A stretch of 63,667 nt of DNA, counting the filler, from Octopus bimaculoides (Eukaryota), in the NCBI RefSeq assembly GCF_001194135.2. It is 5 parts of 4 records of this genome, joined end to end, with 100 filler letters (N's around TTAATTAATTAA, not from the genome) between each part and the next. Parts side by side here need not be neighbours in the genome. Positions count along the whole stretch, not along the records: positions 15,258 to 43,575 come from NC_068987.1; positions 43,676 to 58,883 come from NC_068987.1; 3 more parts are not named here. One strand, 5' to 3'. A model generated the notes under the pieces. The model was not told the origin of the DNA and did not search any database. It worked only from the letters and a program-made list of their open reading frames with translations. Position numbers and translations under genes: made by a program. Within the stretch, counting starts at the first letter, position 1. Every line of letters starts with the position of its first letter. Below, piece after piece: positions 39,037 through 52,149 of the stretch.

Positions 39037-40420
39037 CACTACAAAAGAAACGTCGCACTGTAAAAGATTATTTGTTTCACATACGATATTGAGATTATAT
39101 GGATTTTATCACATTTCTAGTTCATTTGACAGTAGGAAGATGTGACTAACCCAAAACACCACTCTCTTTTGAAAATACAATGATTGCATGTAGGGTTCGA
39201 AGTTGCTCACCTTTCGTGAACATGATAATGCTCGCGAACGCATCTTTATGAAAATCATGATGCACATGTAAAACGTTGACTCATCGAGTACAAAAGGCAC
39301 CCAGATTTACCAGCCTGTCTTTCGTTTCCCGAGGGAGCAAGCCATCAGACGTCTCCATGCTGGTCAAGGTCCATGGGTCATTGCTAATGACTTGAACTGC
39401 AATATTCGGACAACTGAGCAGCTGAGGGAACGATACAATGCCAAAAACAGCACGGATGATCATCCATGCAGTAGCCGACCGAGGGTTACAACGGCACGTC
39501 AAGATCGCCATCTGCACCGTCAGTACTTGTCTTGTCGACGTCCGTTTAAGGGCCCTATTTTCACAGATTGTCATCGACGGGCACGTCTACAGTGGGCTTA
39601 AAAACATCAGAACTGGTGATATCAGCAGTGGAGGACTGTAGTCTTTGATGAAAGTCGATTTCTGTAGCAAATGGCAGAGCTAAGGTTTAGAGAAGATGGG
39701 GTGAAGGTCATGCTGATGGCTGTGTGGTGGAGAGAGACTCATGGGAAGGACAGAGCATCATGGTATGGGGAGGGATTGCACTCAACCAGAAACTTGGGCC
39801 GATAGTCTTCCAAAACATCGGCCAAGGTCGGGGCAATAGAGTAACCACTGCTCGCTACATCGACCAAGTGTTGAGGCCTCACATTGTGTCATACTTTGCC
39901 CGTCATCGGAATCACGTGTTCCAACACGACAACACCCATGCCCATGCTGCCAGGTTGACAACAGACTTCCTCCAACAGCATAACATCCAGATACAGCCAT
40001 GGCTTGCATTAAGTCCGGACTTAAACCCCGTAGAGCATCTGTGGGACGAAATCTAAAGAAGGCAAAATGACATCCGTCCAAGGTCGACAACTGTGACACA
40101 ACTCACTGCAAGTTTTAACAGAGTGTGGGCTGCTATTCCCATGGCCTTCAGCAATCGTTTGGTGCATTTAATGTACAGAGGATGCCTGGCGGTAATCAAC
40201 GCTAACGGTGGTCACACGAGATATTGAGTTCGTCTCTTTGGATCCAGGACATTCCGTCATCACGTGATATCATGTGACATCAAATATGTTTCAGGAAAGG
40301 ACGTTTTATCATTAGGAAAGATCGGTTTCTTAATTAGCAATCTTTAATCAATGTTATGCCAGTCTGTTAATAAACCGGTTTCAATTTAGTATGTATGAGA
40401 CGTTTCTTTAGTGATTCAAT
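39037..40420 (+). mobile_element. Near full-length decayed Tc1 (DD34E) transposon
   Basis: TIR-like cactacaaaagaaacgtcgca (39037) versus reverse complement of tgagacgtttctttagtg (40396-40413); REQAIRRL..RPRVTT..DESRF..SIMVWGGI..QHDN-(34 residues)-E in SPDLNPVEHLW..NGGHTRY*. Confidence 0.92.
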
Positions 40421-41207
40421 ATAATATAATATAATATATATATNNNNNNNNNNNNNNNNNNNNNNNNNNNNNNNNNNNNNNNNNNNNNNNNNNNNNNNNN
40501 NNNNNNNNNNNNNNNNNNNNNNNNNNNNNNNNNNNNNNNNNNNNNNNNNNNNNNNNNNNNNNNNNNNNNNNNNNNNNNNNNNNNNNNNNNNNNNNNNNNN
40601 NNNNNNNNNNNNNNNNNNNNNNNNNNNNNNNNNNNNNNNNNNNNNNNNNNNNNNNNNNNNNNNNNNNNNNNNNNNNNNNNNNNNNNNNNNNNNNNNNNNN
40701 NNNNNNNNNNNNNNNNNNNNNNNNNNNNNNNNNNNNNNNNNNNNNNNNNNNNNNNNNNNNNNNNNNNNNNNNNNNNNNNNNNNNNNNNNNNNNNNNNNNN
40801 NNNNNNNNNNNNNNNNNNNNNNNNNNNNNNNNNNNNNNNNNNNNNNNNNNNNNNNNNNNNNNNNNNNNNNNNNNNNNNNNNNNNNNNNNNNNNNNNNNNN
40901 NNNNNNNNNNNNNNNNNNNNNNNNNNNNNNNNNNNNNNNNNNNNNNNNNNNNNNNNNNNNNNNNNNNNNNNNNNNNNNNNNNNNNNNNNNNNNNNNNNNN
41001 NNNNNNNNNNNNNNNNNNNNNNNNNNNNNNNNNNNNNNNNNNNNNNNNNNNNNNNNNNNNNNNNNNNNNNNNNNNNNNNNNNNNNNNNACTTTACTTTAT
41101 ATTATACTCATTTATTGTGCTTTTAATTATTAATTTTTCTATATGTGATAGTGGATTTTCATCGATGAGTTCTTGAAACTTGGTTATTTTCCCTAAAACT
41201 ATATATG

Positions 41208-41256
<49 letters not shown>

Positions 41257-41706
41257 CACACATACATACATACATACACATACACACACATATATAAATA
41301 TGTGAATCACTCAAAAATACCGACGCATGAATTACGAGCGCCGCAGTACGGGTAAATAACTGTAGACGATACATCGCTTCATTCATCAAATATTGACTGA
41401 AAGGACATAACTGATGCAACGACACATGGATGGAAAAAAAACGAGTAGCTGTGGAGCGACTCATCGATTGATTTCTAATCAGTTAATGATTTCTTTTAAG
41501 ATGTAGACTCGTGCTAATGTTTAGAAATCAATAACTATTCGTAACAGTAGAGTGAGAATAAATCAACAGTTATTTAAACTCTATAGTATAAAAACGTTAT
41601 ATAACATCATAAATTGAGGAATTACTGAAAATGGATATAAAAGTATAATTAAAGAAGATGAAAGATGCAGAAAGTCAACAAGAAAGATGCTACTGAGTGG
41701 TATTAA

Positions 41707-41750
<44 letters not shown>

Positions 41751-41751
41751 G

Positions 41752-41815
<64 letters not shown>

Positions 41816-41903
41816 CTTATCTATCTATATGCATATATATGTAATATTAATATATTTGTATTTATTCATACATATTTATGCACATATATATGTATGCATG
41901 CAT

Positions 41904-41941
<38 letters not shown>

Positions 41942-42486
41942 GCGTATGCATATACGTATATATATATATATACACATATATAAATATAAGTATATATGTA
42001 TATNNNNNNNNNNNNNNNNNNNNNNNNNNNNNNNNNNNNNNNNNNNNNNNNNNNNNNNNNNNNNNNNNNNNNNCTCCCCTCTCCAATATCTCTGCAACAG
42101 TCTTGTTCAAGATTTGTCTCCCAGCAAATGCACCACATATGTCATATGTTCAACAAAGTCTGCCTGTTATTCTTTTACTATGTATTGGTTCTCATATACG
42201 TCGAAGGCATGGTTGTGCGGCCGAGACGTTGTTCTTGGACCAGTGAAACGGGGTTCAATCCTAATGCGCGGAACCTGCAGCAAGCTTCTACTATAACTTC
42301 AATTTGAACAGTGAGAAACGCGTGAAACAGTCGAGCTGCACTTTTGTATACATACATACATACATGCATACATACATACGTACATACGTACGTACATACA
42401 TACATACATACATACATACGTACAAACATACATACATACATACATATACATGACATACATATATATGACATACATATATATATGGC

Positions 42487-42622
42487 ATTGACCCAGTGTT
42501 CAACTGGTACTTATTTTATCGACCTCAGTAGGATGAAAGCAAAGTCAACTTCAGAACGTAAAGACGGACGAAATGCTACTAAGCAGTCTGCCTGGTGTGC
42601 TAACGGCTCTGCCAGCTCGCCG
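42487..42622 (-). mobile_element. SINE family A (partial)
   Basis: Matches family A with a deletion. Confidence 0.75.
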
Positions 42623-42801
42623 ACACACACACACATACACACACACACATTGGGAGAAGGAAGGGAAGTTTTTCTTATTTCTCGACCTAGTACTATCAGC
42701 TTTTGAATGTATTCTTTAGTGACTCAAGTATAATTCCTTTAAACGCTCTGCGTGGATGTTGTATGATTTTATATCATCACGGCTTTAGAAAAGCAAGATC
42801 C

Positions 42802-42832
<31 letters not shown>

Positions 42833-42914
42833 GAATTTACAAAAATACAAAAGACGAAGACGGGTGTGTAAATAACAAACAGATGTATTAGTTTAACGCT
42901 CGAGAAGTGAGAAA

Positions 42915-42953
42915 GTCTTTTACGTTTCGAGCCTACGGTCTTCAACAGAAAGG
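42915..42953 (-). ncRNA. Degenerate minimal hammerhead-like motif in a putative Penelope pLTR remnant (about 42835-42995)
   Basis: Minus strand CTTT-CTGTTGA-A-GACC.GTAG.GCTC-GAAAC-GTA-AAAG. Confidence 0.5.
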
Positions 42954-43487
42954 AACGCAAAAATTAATAGGGAGAGAAAATACAAAAAAAGTTTAGTGGC
43001 TAGCGATCTTTAATATATGTATATATATGATTGTTATTTTATTTTAAAAAGTGTGAAAAACAGCCATTCTATAGAATTATGTATGTATGTATTTATCTAT
43101 ATGTGTGTGTGTGTTCGTGTGTGTATGTGGGTGCTTGGTTGAGTGGGTATGTGGGTGTGTATGTACTTGCATTCGCAAACTTTGGAAGATTTGAAGTTCT
43201 ACATTAACTGTTAAATAAATAAATAAAAAAAAACTGCGAATTGTTTAAGAAGTCATCCACTACAAATTAACTTCTTACTATCTATATAATTAATATTTAA
43301 AAATAAGCTAATTTCCTATTTTCATCATTTTCAATAAATTAACATACAATAAATATATTTGCAGATATTAATAGCACTCAAATACTAGTACCTACATATA
43401 TATATGCATACACACATGCATGCATGCATGCGCTTGTACATATATACAAACGTATATACATACATATATAAATATTTACACAACCCA

Positions 43488-43575
<88 letters not shown>

Positions 43576-43675
43576 NNNNNNNNNNNNNNNNNNNNNNNNN
43601 NNNNNNNNNNNNNNNNNNNTTAATTAATTAANNNNNNNNNNNNNNNNNNNNNNNNNNNNNNNNNNNNNNNNNNNN

Positions 43676-44063
43676 TTTTATCTTTTATATGTTTCAATCA
43701 TTTGACTGCGGCCATGCTGGGGCACTACCTTCAAAGGTTTTAGTTGAAGAAATCGACTCCAGGACTTATTTTCTTAACGCTTAATATTTATTATATCTGT
43801 CTGTTTTGCCGAATCGCCAGGTTACAGGAACGTAAACGCACTAATACCGATTGTCAAACGGGGGGAGGGGGGGGGGGCAAAAACTCAAAGACACACATAC
43901 ATAGGTACATATATATATAGTATACGAAGAACTACTTTTCAACTTACGTCTACCAAATACCACTCACAAGGCTTTTGGTCGGCTCGAGGCTATAGTAGAA
44001 AGACAGTGGAACTGAACCAGGAACCATGTGATTGGGAAGCAAGCGTCTTACCACACAGCCACA
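43676..44063 (-). mobile_element. SINE family B (diverged)
   Basis: Tail-to-head match. Confidence 0.8.
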
Positions 44064-44386
44064 TACATACATACGTACGTACGTTCGTACATACATACAT
44101 ACATACATACATACATACATACATACATACATACATACATGCATGCATACATACATACGCACGCCTATAAATACGGGCATTACATGTGGGTACATAGATT
44201 ATGTATACAATGCAAGCATATAAACATATTCAGAAGCACTCAAGGCACTCAGATTTTTCGAATACACATGTAGATAAAGGCACGTACATTCACTGCCATA
44301 TGATGAGAAGATCCCGTACAAAAACGCGCGCGTGCGTGCGTACGTAATACCCACACACCCACGAATACATACATACGAGCATACAA

Positions 44387-44419
<33 letters not shown>

Positions 44420-45194
44420 NNNNNNNNNNNNNNNNNNNNNNNNNNNNNNNNNNNNNNNNNNNNNNNNNNNNNNNNNNNNNNNNNNNNNNNNNNNNNNNNN
44501 NNNNNNNNNNNNNNNNNNNNNNNNNNNNNNNNNNNNNNNNNNNNNNNNNNNNNNNNNNNNNNNNNNNNNNNNNNNNNNNNNNNNNNNNNNNNNNNNNNNN
44601 NNNNNNNNNNNNNNNNNNNNNNNNNNNNNNNNNNNNNNNNNNNNNNNNNNNNNNNNNNNNNNNNNNNNNNNNNNNNNNNNNNNNNNNNNNNNNNNNNNNN
44701 NNNNNNNNNNNNNNNNNNNNNNNNNNNNNNNNNNNNNNNNNNNNNNNNNNNNNNNNNNNNNNNNNNNNNNNNNNNNNNNNNNNNNNNNNNNNNNNNNNNN
44801 NNNNNNNNNNNNNNNNNNNNNNNNNNNNNNNNNNNNNNNNNNNNNNNNNNNNNNNNNNNNNNNNNNNNNNNNNNNNNNNNNNNNNNNNNNNNNNNNNNNN
44901 NNNNNNNNNNNNNNNNNNNNNNNNNNNNNNNNNNNNNNNNNNNNNNNNNNNNNNNNNNNNNNNNNNNNNNNNNNNNNNNNNNNNNNNNNNNNNNNNNNNN
45001 NNNNNNNNNNNNNNNNNNNNNNNNNNNNNNNNNNNNNNNNNNNNNNNNNNNNNNNNNNNNNNNNNNNNNNNNNNNNNNNNNNNNNNNNNNNNNNNNNNNN
45101 NNNNNNNNNNNNNNNNNNNNNNNNNNNNNNNNNNNNNNNNNNNNNNNNNNNNNNNNNNNNNNNNNNNNNNNNNNNNNNNNNNNNNNNNNNNNNN

Positions 45195-45226
<32 letters not shown>

Positions 45227-45426
45227 ACAGATAGATAGATAGATAGATAGCAAGGGAGAGAATTAACCAAAGAGGGAGGTTTGAGGAGCAATTCTGGCAG
45301 CTCTCGCGATCTGTGTGGTCCATATCTCACACATGCACACACACAAATACACATAGACGCCTAGCCACACACACATACCCACATTATACACCAGAGAGTA
45401 TATGAATAGAGGAAGACGAATATGTT

Positions 45427-45580
45427 GTTGCCTTGGCAACTAATACCAATGAAGCTGCTTGCTCAACAGCGACGATGCAATGGTGATGGCGTCGGCTAGC
45501 CAATGGCAGCGGCAGATAGGATGGCTAACTGTCAATCATCCACCACGCGAGGGCGTGGCCCCAAAAGGCGGAGGTCGGTC
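45427..45580. promoter_or_regulatory. Candidate TATA-less promoter: RFX X-box, NF-Y CCAAT box, KLF/Sp GC boxes
   Basis: GTTGCCTTGGCAAC 45427-45440; AGCCAATGG 45498-45506; GGGCGTGG 45551-45558; locally CpG-rich and free of the SINEs. Confidence 0.5.
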
Positions 45581-45929
45581 GCTTGAGTGGTGGTTGTAGT
45601 AGGGATAAGAGGATAAAGTTGTGAAAACGGGTGTAGAGAAGGGGAGAAAGGGTAGAGCGTGGTTGAAATATATGTTGGAAAAGAGATACGATGTGTATGT
45701 GTGTGTGTGTGAATGTTTGCGCGCGCGTGTGTGTGTGCGTAAAGGAAAGCAGAGAGAGAATGAAAAGTAAGAAATAATACTTTCACAAAAAATGGGGAAA
45801 CGGTGAAAGAATTAATAAAGAAACCAAGGGAATCTAGTCCTGTGTGTATAAGACCGAGAAAGTATGATAGGGAATTGTACATAAGAGAGAGGCCAATGAG
45901 AGTTGGAACAAGGACTATAAAAGAGAGGG

Positions 45930-46320
45930 GTAAACAGGCAGTGTGAGATAGAAAGGGGAAAATAGGTACTGTAAGAGATAGAAAGGGAACGGGCATTGTG
46001 AAAGAGAAAGAGAGGGTTAAGCAGTCAGTGTGAAGAAAAGAGTGATAAAGAAAAAGCGGGCAGTATTAGAAAGAAAAAAAGAGGTTTAAAAAAGCAGTGT
46101 AAGAGAGGGAGAGAGAGAAGAGAAAGGTGGGTAGTGTAGGAGAAAAAGAGGGTTAAATAAGCAGCCTAAGAAAAAAGAGAGATAGAGAAAGAGAAAGCAC
46201 GAGGAGGAAAGCAACAGTGTAAGAGACAGAAAGGGTTGAGCTGTTAGTGTAAGGGAGAAAGAGAAGGGTAGGAAAGCGGGTACTGTAAAAGAGATAGACA
46301 GACAAAGAGCAAGTGTAATG
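45930..46320. repeat. Degenerate purine-rich ~30-bp minisatellite (core cagtgtaagagatagaaaggg)
   Basis: Roughly ten diverged recurrences of (ca/ac)gtgt(a/g)aga..gaaag. Confidence 0.6.
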
Positions 46321-46905
46321 GGGAGGGAGTTGACATGAGGGAGTCAGGCGTGCTACTTTACTACAACCGAAAGGAAGGAAGGAAGGCACAGTACGACAGT
46401 TCGTGTCCTCCTCATTCTAATCTTACCCTTCTGTCTTACTTGCAGTCGTCCGTCTCTGTCTCTCACAATCAGCTTGTCAGTTGGCTCTTTAAGTCAACAC
46501 TCTTCCTGTCTATTTTTCTGTTCGGATCGAAAATAGAAAAACAGCAATCAAACTATCTTAATTATCTTTACCGAGAAATTTTGTGTATAAGTAAAAAACA
46601 AAACAAAAAAAAACAATCATCAACAGAAATAACAATATTAACTATTACTACTATAAGTACCTTACTACTACGAGCAACAGTTTCAAGCTTGCTCGTATAC
46701 TAGAAGGAAGGAAGATTGTGAAAGAAGTTCCCTCTGCCCTCTTCTTTTCTCAGTTCAGAAAGTCTCAAAGTTACTTACCCACCTCGCATACGTGCACACA
46801 CGTTTTCACTCGTAACAAAAACTTGAGAAATCAAAGTAAAAGTTCTTTATATTTCGCATACGCACACAAATATTTAGTCACAGTTTACACACACAAACAC
46901 ATAAG

Positions 46906-46937
<32 letters not shown>

Positions 46938-47130
46938 NNNNNNNNNNNNNNNNNNNNNNNNNNNNNNNNNNNNNNNNNNNNNNNNNNNNNNNNNNNNNNN
47001 NNNNNNNNNNNACACAAATATTTAGTCACAGTTTACACACACAAACACATAAGTATATATATATACTACATATATTTATATTTAAACATCACTCATCACC
47101 ACAAAATCCTTCGTTTATGAAGTCAATCCG

Positions 47131-47172
47131 ATGGCAAGCTGGTCACATCCAGCTTCTTCCAAAACAGCAAAG
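47131..47172 (+). CDS. Candidate first coding exon of an unknown gene (MASWSHPASSKTAK)
   Basis: ATGG start, AAG|GTTAGT donor, phase 0 matching the next exon. Confidence 0.3.
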
Positions 47173-47701
47173 GTTAGTTTCGGATATTTTTTTCTTCACA
47201 CTTTCAAGAATTATTAACATTCATCCAACTGTGTCTATCTGTCATCTGTTTCGGACTTCTGTCTTTTACATTTTAGTTTCTGTATTCTTAATTTTGTTTT
47301 TCTTCTGATTCTGTCTGTTTATGTCATCATCTAATTTGATTTCTCTCTCATACAATCTTTGCATCTTATGCTATATGTATGTCTATGGATATTTATTTAT
47401 CAATGAAATAACCACATTATACATACGTAACCTGCACATAATAAGTACATACATATATTCTTGTAAATTATATATACGTGTGTGAAGATACTTGAATATT
47501 CGAGTGCATATTCTTGTATGTAAACATACGCGCGTGCATGCACACATTAGTGCTTATCTCCTGATTTTTATTAACTGTGCAAGACAAAGCTGTCCCTGGA
47601 TATGTCGCCAGTATGTGGCAGGTAACATTCCCAAATTTGTTTATACACTCAGTATATTTATTGGCTTGTTAATCGAACTTTTGTATTTCTCCTCGTTTTA
47701 G

Positions 47702-47818
47702 GGGCCCGCGATGACTAGGGTTCCAAGATCAATGCCAGCTAACACTAAGGACGACATAGATTTACTTACCAGGACTAGCTGGGTTAATGCAGAGGTTGCC
47801 TATAAGCAAATTAAGAAG
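47702..47818 (+). CDS. Candidate internal exon, 117 nt, phase 0-0 (GPAMTRVPRSMPANTKDDIDLLTRTSWVNAEVAYKQIKK)
   Basis: Polypyrimidine tract + TAG acceptor, AAG|GTAAGA donor, exactly one open frame, higher GC than the flanks; product not recognised. Confidence 0.55.
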
Positions 47819-50408
47819 GTAAGACACCTTTCTTTTTCATTTTTACTTTTGAATAGTTTTATAACACTAAGACAACTAGACAAAGTGCTTAATTAAACAC
47901 ACACATCTACATAGATATAGTCACTCAATCATCAGAAGGGACCGACATCTGTGGTCATCTTGTAGTCAATTTATGGTCTCATTTATCTAACATATGTGTA
48001 CTATCAATGATCATAACGGCATCTTATACATACAACCAACAGCCACAAACACTATGACATACACGTACTTAACAATGACAAAACAAACTTCATGCAACAC
48101 TGGCTGTCACATAATCTAATGTATCACTGTCACGTAATATAAATGTGTCACTTTACGCAATTATCGGTATCAACCGAGCTATGTTCTCATAAGATTCAGT
48201 ATGCAATATACTTAAATGTATGTCTAGCTTATAGTTCCATGTGTCTAATATGTGTGAGTGTTATATATGTATATATATATATAAATATAATATTCATATA
48301 TATTGGACACATATGTCGTGTGTACAAGGATATATGATCTAATGTCATGTTGCTACTGATGGCATGCCATTCATTTAAGTGTGAAAATTACTTAAAACCC
48401 TCACTAAAAGAATTCCACTTCAGCGGCATGTTCCAATTTTACCTACCACGTTGTGTGCGCGCGCGTAATGTGTGCGTGCGCGTGCGTGTGTAATGTTGTG
48501 TGTGTGTGTGTGTGTGAGTGTGTGTCTAATAGTAATTTTGTATAACACGAAAGTATCACGTTTGTGCAGGTTTATCTTTACCGTTACTATCCAGATTACA
48601 AATATCTACGTTGGTGGTCTAGAAAGTTAGAAAGGCCTCTTGTGCAGATTGGAGTTGCAAGATCAAGACTCCTGATTATTTAGAGAATATTGTGATATGT
48701 TCTTTTTGTGCCCCCATCACCAAAACTTTTTTTTAAAAAAAAAGAAAGAAAGTAGGAAATCTAACACCATGTTGTGTGTTTCAACTATTATTTTACTCTA
48801 ACCACCGACTTGATATGCTCATGTCACTTATCTGCATTCTTTTTATTGAAAACTGCTGTCTCCACACCCCTTCCAGTATTTTTTTCTAATTTGAACTAAC
48901 TGCTTTTAACCATGTTCTCTCCCTGTTGTCTTAACACTGTTTTGTGAACTATTTTCCATAATATAGAGTGAGAAAGATGTCAAAACGTTCATCCACTAGA
49001 AATACTAGGAGACAACTATATTTATTGAAAAAGTTTTATTTCGCTATTTATTTGTCGACATCAAATCGACGAAAAGTCATGATGCGAAAATCTTTTTTTT
49101 TTTTTGATAAAACAGCGCAGCAGGCTAGCATCTAATTCATACAGCTTTGCATTACCTACCTGTAGATGCTTATTGCACGTATTAGCGGATCTCTTTTTAA
49201 CGAACCAAACTTTAGTGAAGATATGGAGATGGCTTTCCAAACAGTGCTTAACTACCGATCATAACCTATATATATTAAGTATTCACTTGACAAATATAAT
49301 GCATCATGCTTGCTCATTCTTAATTACCAAATACAAAGAATTCGTACACACATACTCTCTCAGATAGGGGGCACACACAAGGTATGGAGTGAAAAGAATG
49401 GCGCTTGGACATGTGTGTGTATGTAGTGAGGGTGGGAGATGGTGAAATTGAATAATTCTACATATGTTTAAACACTTGAAGAAGTACCGTATGGTACCTC
49501 CCATACACAAGGCGTTCAGCGGGGCTTGAATTTGTGGATGGCATATTTTTCGGTGGAATGCATGAAATCTACGATCTTTCTTCTCACACTTTATCTATTT
49601 TCTATTTAACCTCTCTAATTTCTTCTTTATTCTACTTCCTCCCACTTTGTTTATTTCTCTGTTTCTCCTTCACGCCATCTGTTGTTCTCCTTTTAGCATT
49701 TTTCCATGCCTTCGCCTACAGCCCCCTTATTCACTGCATCACTGTCAATCTCTTTTTCCTATTACTCTATCGCTTTATCACTCTATCATTATATTATACT
49801 TTATCTTTGACGCTCATTTTATCTATCTATCTATCGCTCTCTATATAATAATATCCCACTCTTTTGTATTTCATTTCTGATCTACTTCCCTTTTCCCTCT
49901 CCTTATAATCTTTCACTTTGCTCCCGACCATTCTCTCTCTCTCTCCCACCACACCTCTCCCTTATTCTCCGTGTGTGTTCTTCTCATAAGCTTGCTCACC
50001 AACCATGTCTTAGCCTAGCTTTCAACGTACGAGGAACTATTTTTCTCCGAGCCAAATACTCGCTTCACACCGCCTCTCCTTCCTTCACACTGCCTCTTAC
50101 TCCCCACAAAACACCAGCGCACTAGCATAAACATACATGAGACATCACATATAATTACACAGTAACACACCCACGCACATACGGTTTCACGTTTGTATTT
50201 AACAGTTGTACACACTTCGTATATAATAATGATATTTCGTCTCAAAATCTCCCTAGAAATATGTTCGCACAATGTCATATGTGTATGTGCTTATTTAACA
50301 CCAATATATGTATCAATGTTATGTACTGTGTATGTCATGTTACATTATATACATAAATACACGTGTGCGATAAAAGTATTTTTGTTCTATGTAAGTGTGT
50401 ATACATAG

Positions 50409-50470
<62 letters not shown>

Positions 50471-50649
50471 GGTCAGTTGTCCGAAAAAAAGCAGTCTAAA
50501 AAATTTATATGGATATGCACACGTGTATGAGACTTTTACATAAGTAAATCATTGAAATATATACATACATATACATACGCGCGTACACGCACACAGAATA
50601 TGTGTATGTATACACGTACTGCGTAAGTATGTATATGTTGTTTACATTA

Positions 50650-50940
50650 TACTCCCGTTGAATGTCGAAGCTGTTATAACTTGCCAATGGAAACCATCCA
50701 TCTATCAGCCATCGAATACCGCCGCTTCACCGATAAGGACAACTTTCTATCCACTTTACGAGGGCAGGGCTCAGGCTGCTTGTGAAGGAATAGAAAGATA
50801 GGGTATGAGGAGGGAGACCCTTGAGACGAATCTGTCTGTCTATCGGTGTCAACTCCCTGAAGAGTCAGCTCCCATCATTTTGAAAGTTTCTCTCAAACTC
50901 CTTGAACTTATTTCGTGTGGTAAAGGTGTGTCGGTGGCGG
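50650..50940 (-). mobile_element. Possible very old LINE RT fragment (CR1/L2/Jockey-like)
   Basis: Minus-strand ..LSPALVKWIES.. resembles the L..WI.SFL..R segment; weak. Confidence 0.3.
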
Positions 50941-51304
50941 TGAATCGAGACCCTTTTTAGATAATTTTGGGTGTTGGGGAAGCAGTTTGCTTTGTTTGCT
51001 TCGTTGCATATGTGAATATCTGTATGAGGTGGAGTAAATGTAAGTCACTGCAGCATCGGTAACAGTAGTAATTGTATCTACCATTTGTTTAAATACTTTC
51101 GTGTTACATAGACATACTATACACACATGCACAAGTATGTCTGCGTTATTATGTGTCAGACCATATATATTTGCACAAATGTATATGTATATAAATTTAT
51201 GCTTGTAATATCACATGTACAATATGTATGTGTATGTATGTAAATTTTCTTATATATAGAAGAGAGATAGATAGATAACGCGCAAGCTCTATACATACAT
51301 CTTA

Positions 51305-51349
<45 letters not shown>

Positions 51350-51954
51350 GTGCATGTCGAGATATGTATATGTCTATATGCCCGCTCGATGTGTTAGCAA
51401 CACAAGATTCATGGTGTGAGGCCAGACATCCGAAAGCAATTTCCTATGTTTATAATGATGATGGGGGGGGGAGAGACATCGACTGCTCCCCCTCTCACCT
51501 TTATTTGATAACTGACACTTTATCCCTTCTCTCTACATTCTAAAACCACATGGTTAGGCATCTTTTTTTGCGTGTATGTGTGAAGGTGGGGGACTCATAC
51601 TTGCAAGCAAAACATGTTTTGCTTTTCTTTCGGATGGTAACAATCTCGAATCTATAATTTCTGGAAGAAATTTTGAAATATGTGTGTACACATAAATACA
51701 TACGAATTGATCAGATCCTATGTTATTTCCTTATATATTTATATCTGTTGTTGGTGTAGTTTTATAGTTTAGTCCTATGTAGTCCCTGGTCGTACAATTT
51801 TATAATTCTGATCTTCTCGCCGTTTATTCAGACATAGTATAGCGAAATTCACATCACGTTTGTAAGATATTGGGTGTGATTTGAGTGAGATATAGCTGTT
51901 ATTTTGTTGCCTTCGTATAATGTTCATGTAGAGGTCCCCTGGTTTACTCTCTTC

Positions 51955-52040
51955 GGCGATGGATTGATAGAATTAGTACAACGCCGGACAAAATGGCTTG
52001 CGGGATTTACGGCCCTTTACTTTCGGAGTTCAAATCCGTC
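51955..52040 (+). mobile_element. SINE family A head fragment
   Basis: agaattagtacaacgccggacaaaatggcttgcgg..ggagttcaaatcc. Confidence 0.6.
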
Positions 52041-52091
52041 GGAAGAAATAAAAAAAGAAAAGTACTGGAGTGGATAATCAACAGCAATTCT

Positions 52092-52149
52092 CTCTCAGAT
52101 TCTTCTCTTCGTCTAAAAGGCTTATAGACGAAGGGAAGAAATCTCAGAG
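52092..52149. ncRNA. Pre-miRNA-like hairpin
   Basis: 23 paired positions (1 G-U, 1 bulge, 1 mismatch) and a 9-nt loop. Confidence 0.4.

Noticed and set aside
41148-41195. Hammerhead-like tcgatgagttcttgaaac
   Set aside because: Core altered, with no stem I or stem II.
46661-47799. Minus-strand exons 47770-47799 (ATSALTQLVL or NLCINPASP) and 46661-46699 (YTSKLETVARSSK) with good splice signals
   Set aside because: The first overlaps the plus-strand 117-nt exon, and its pyrimidine tract is simply the complement of that exon's donor region. No longer minus-strand chain was found. Not excluded: this is the main competing model.
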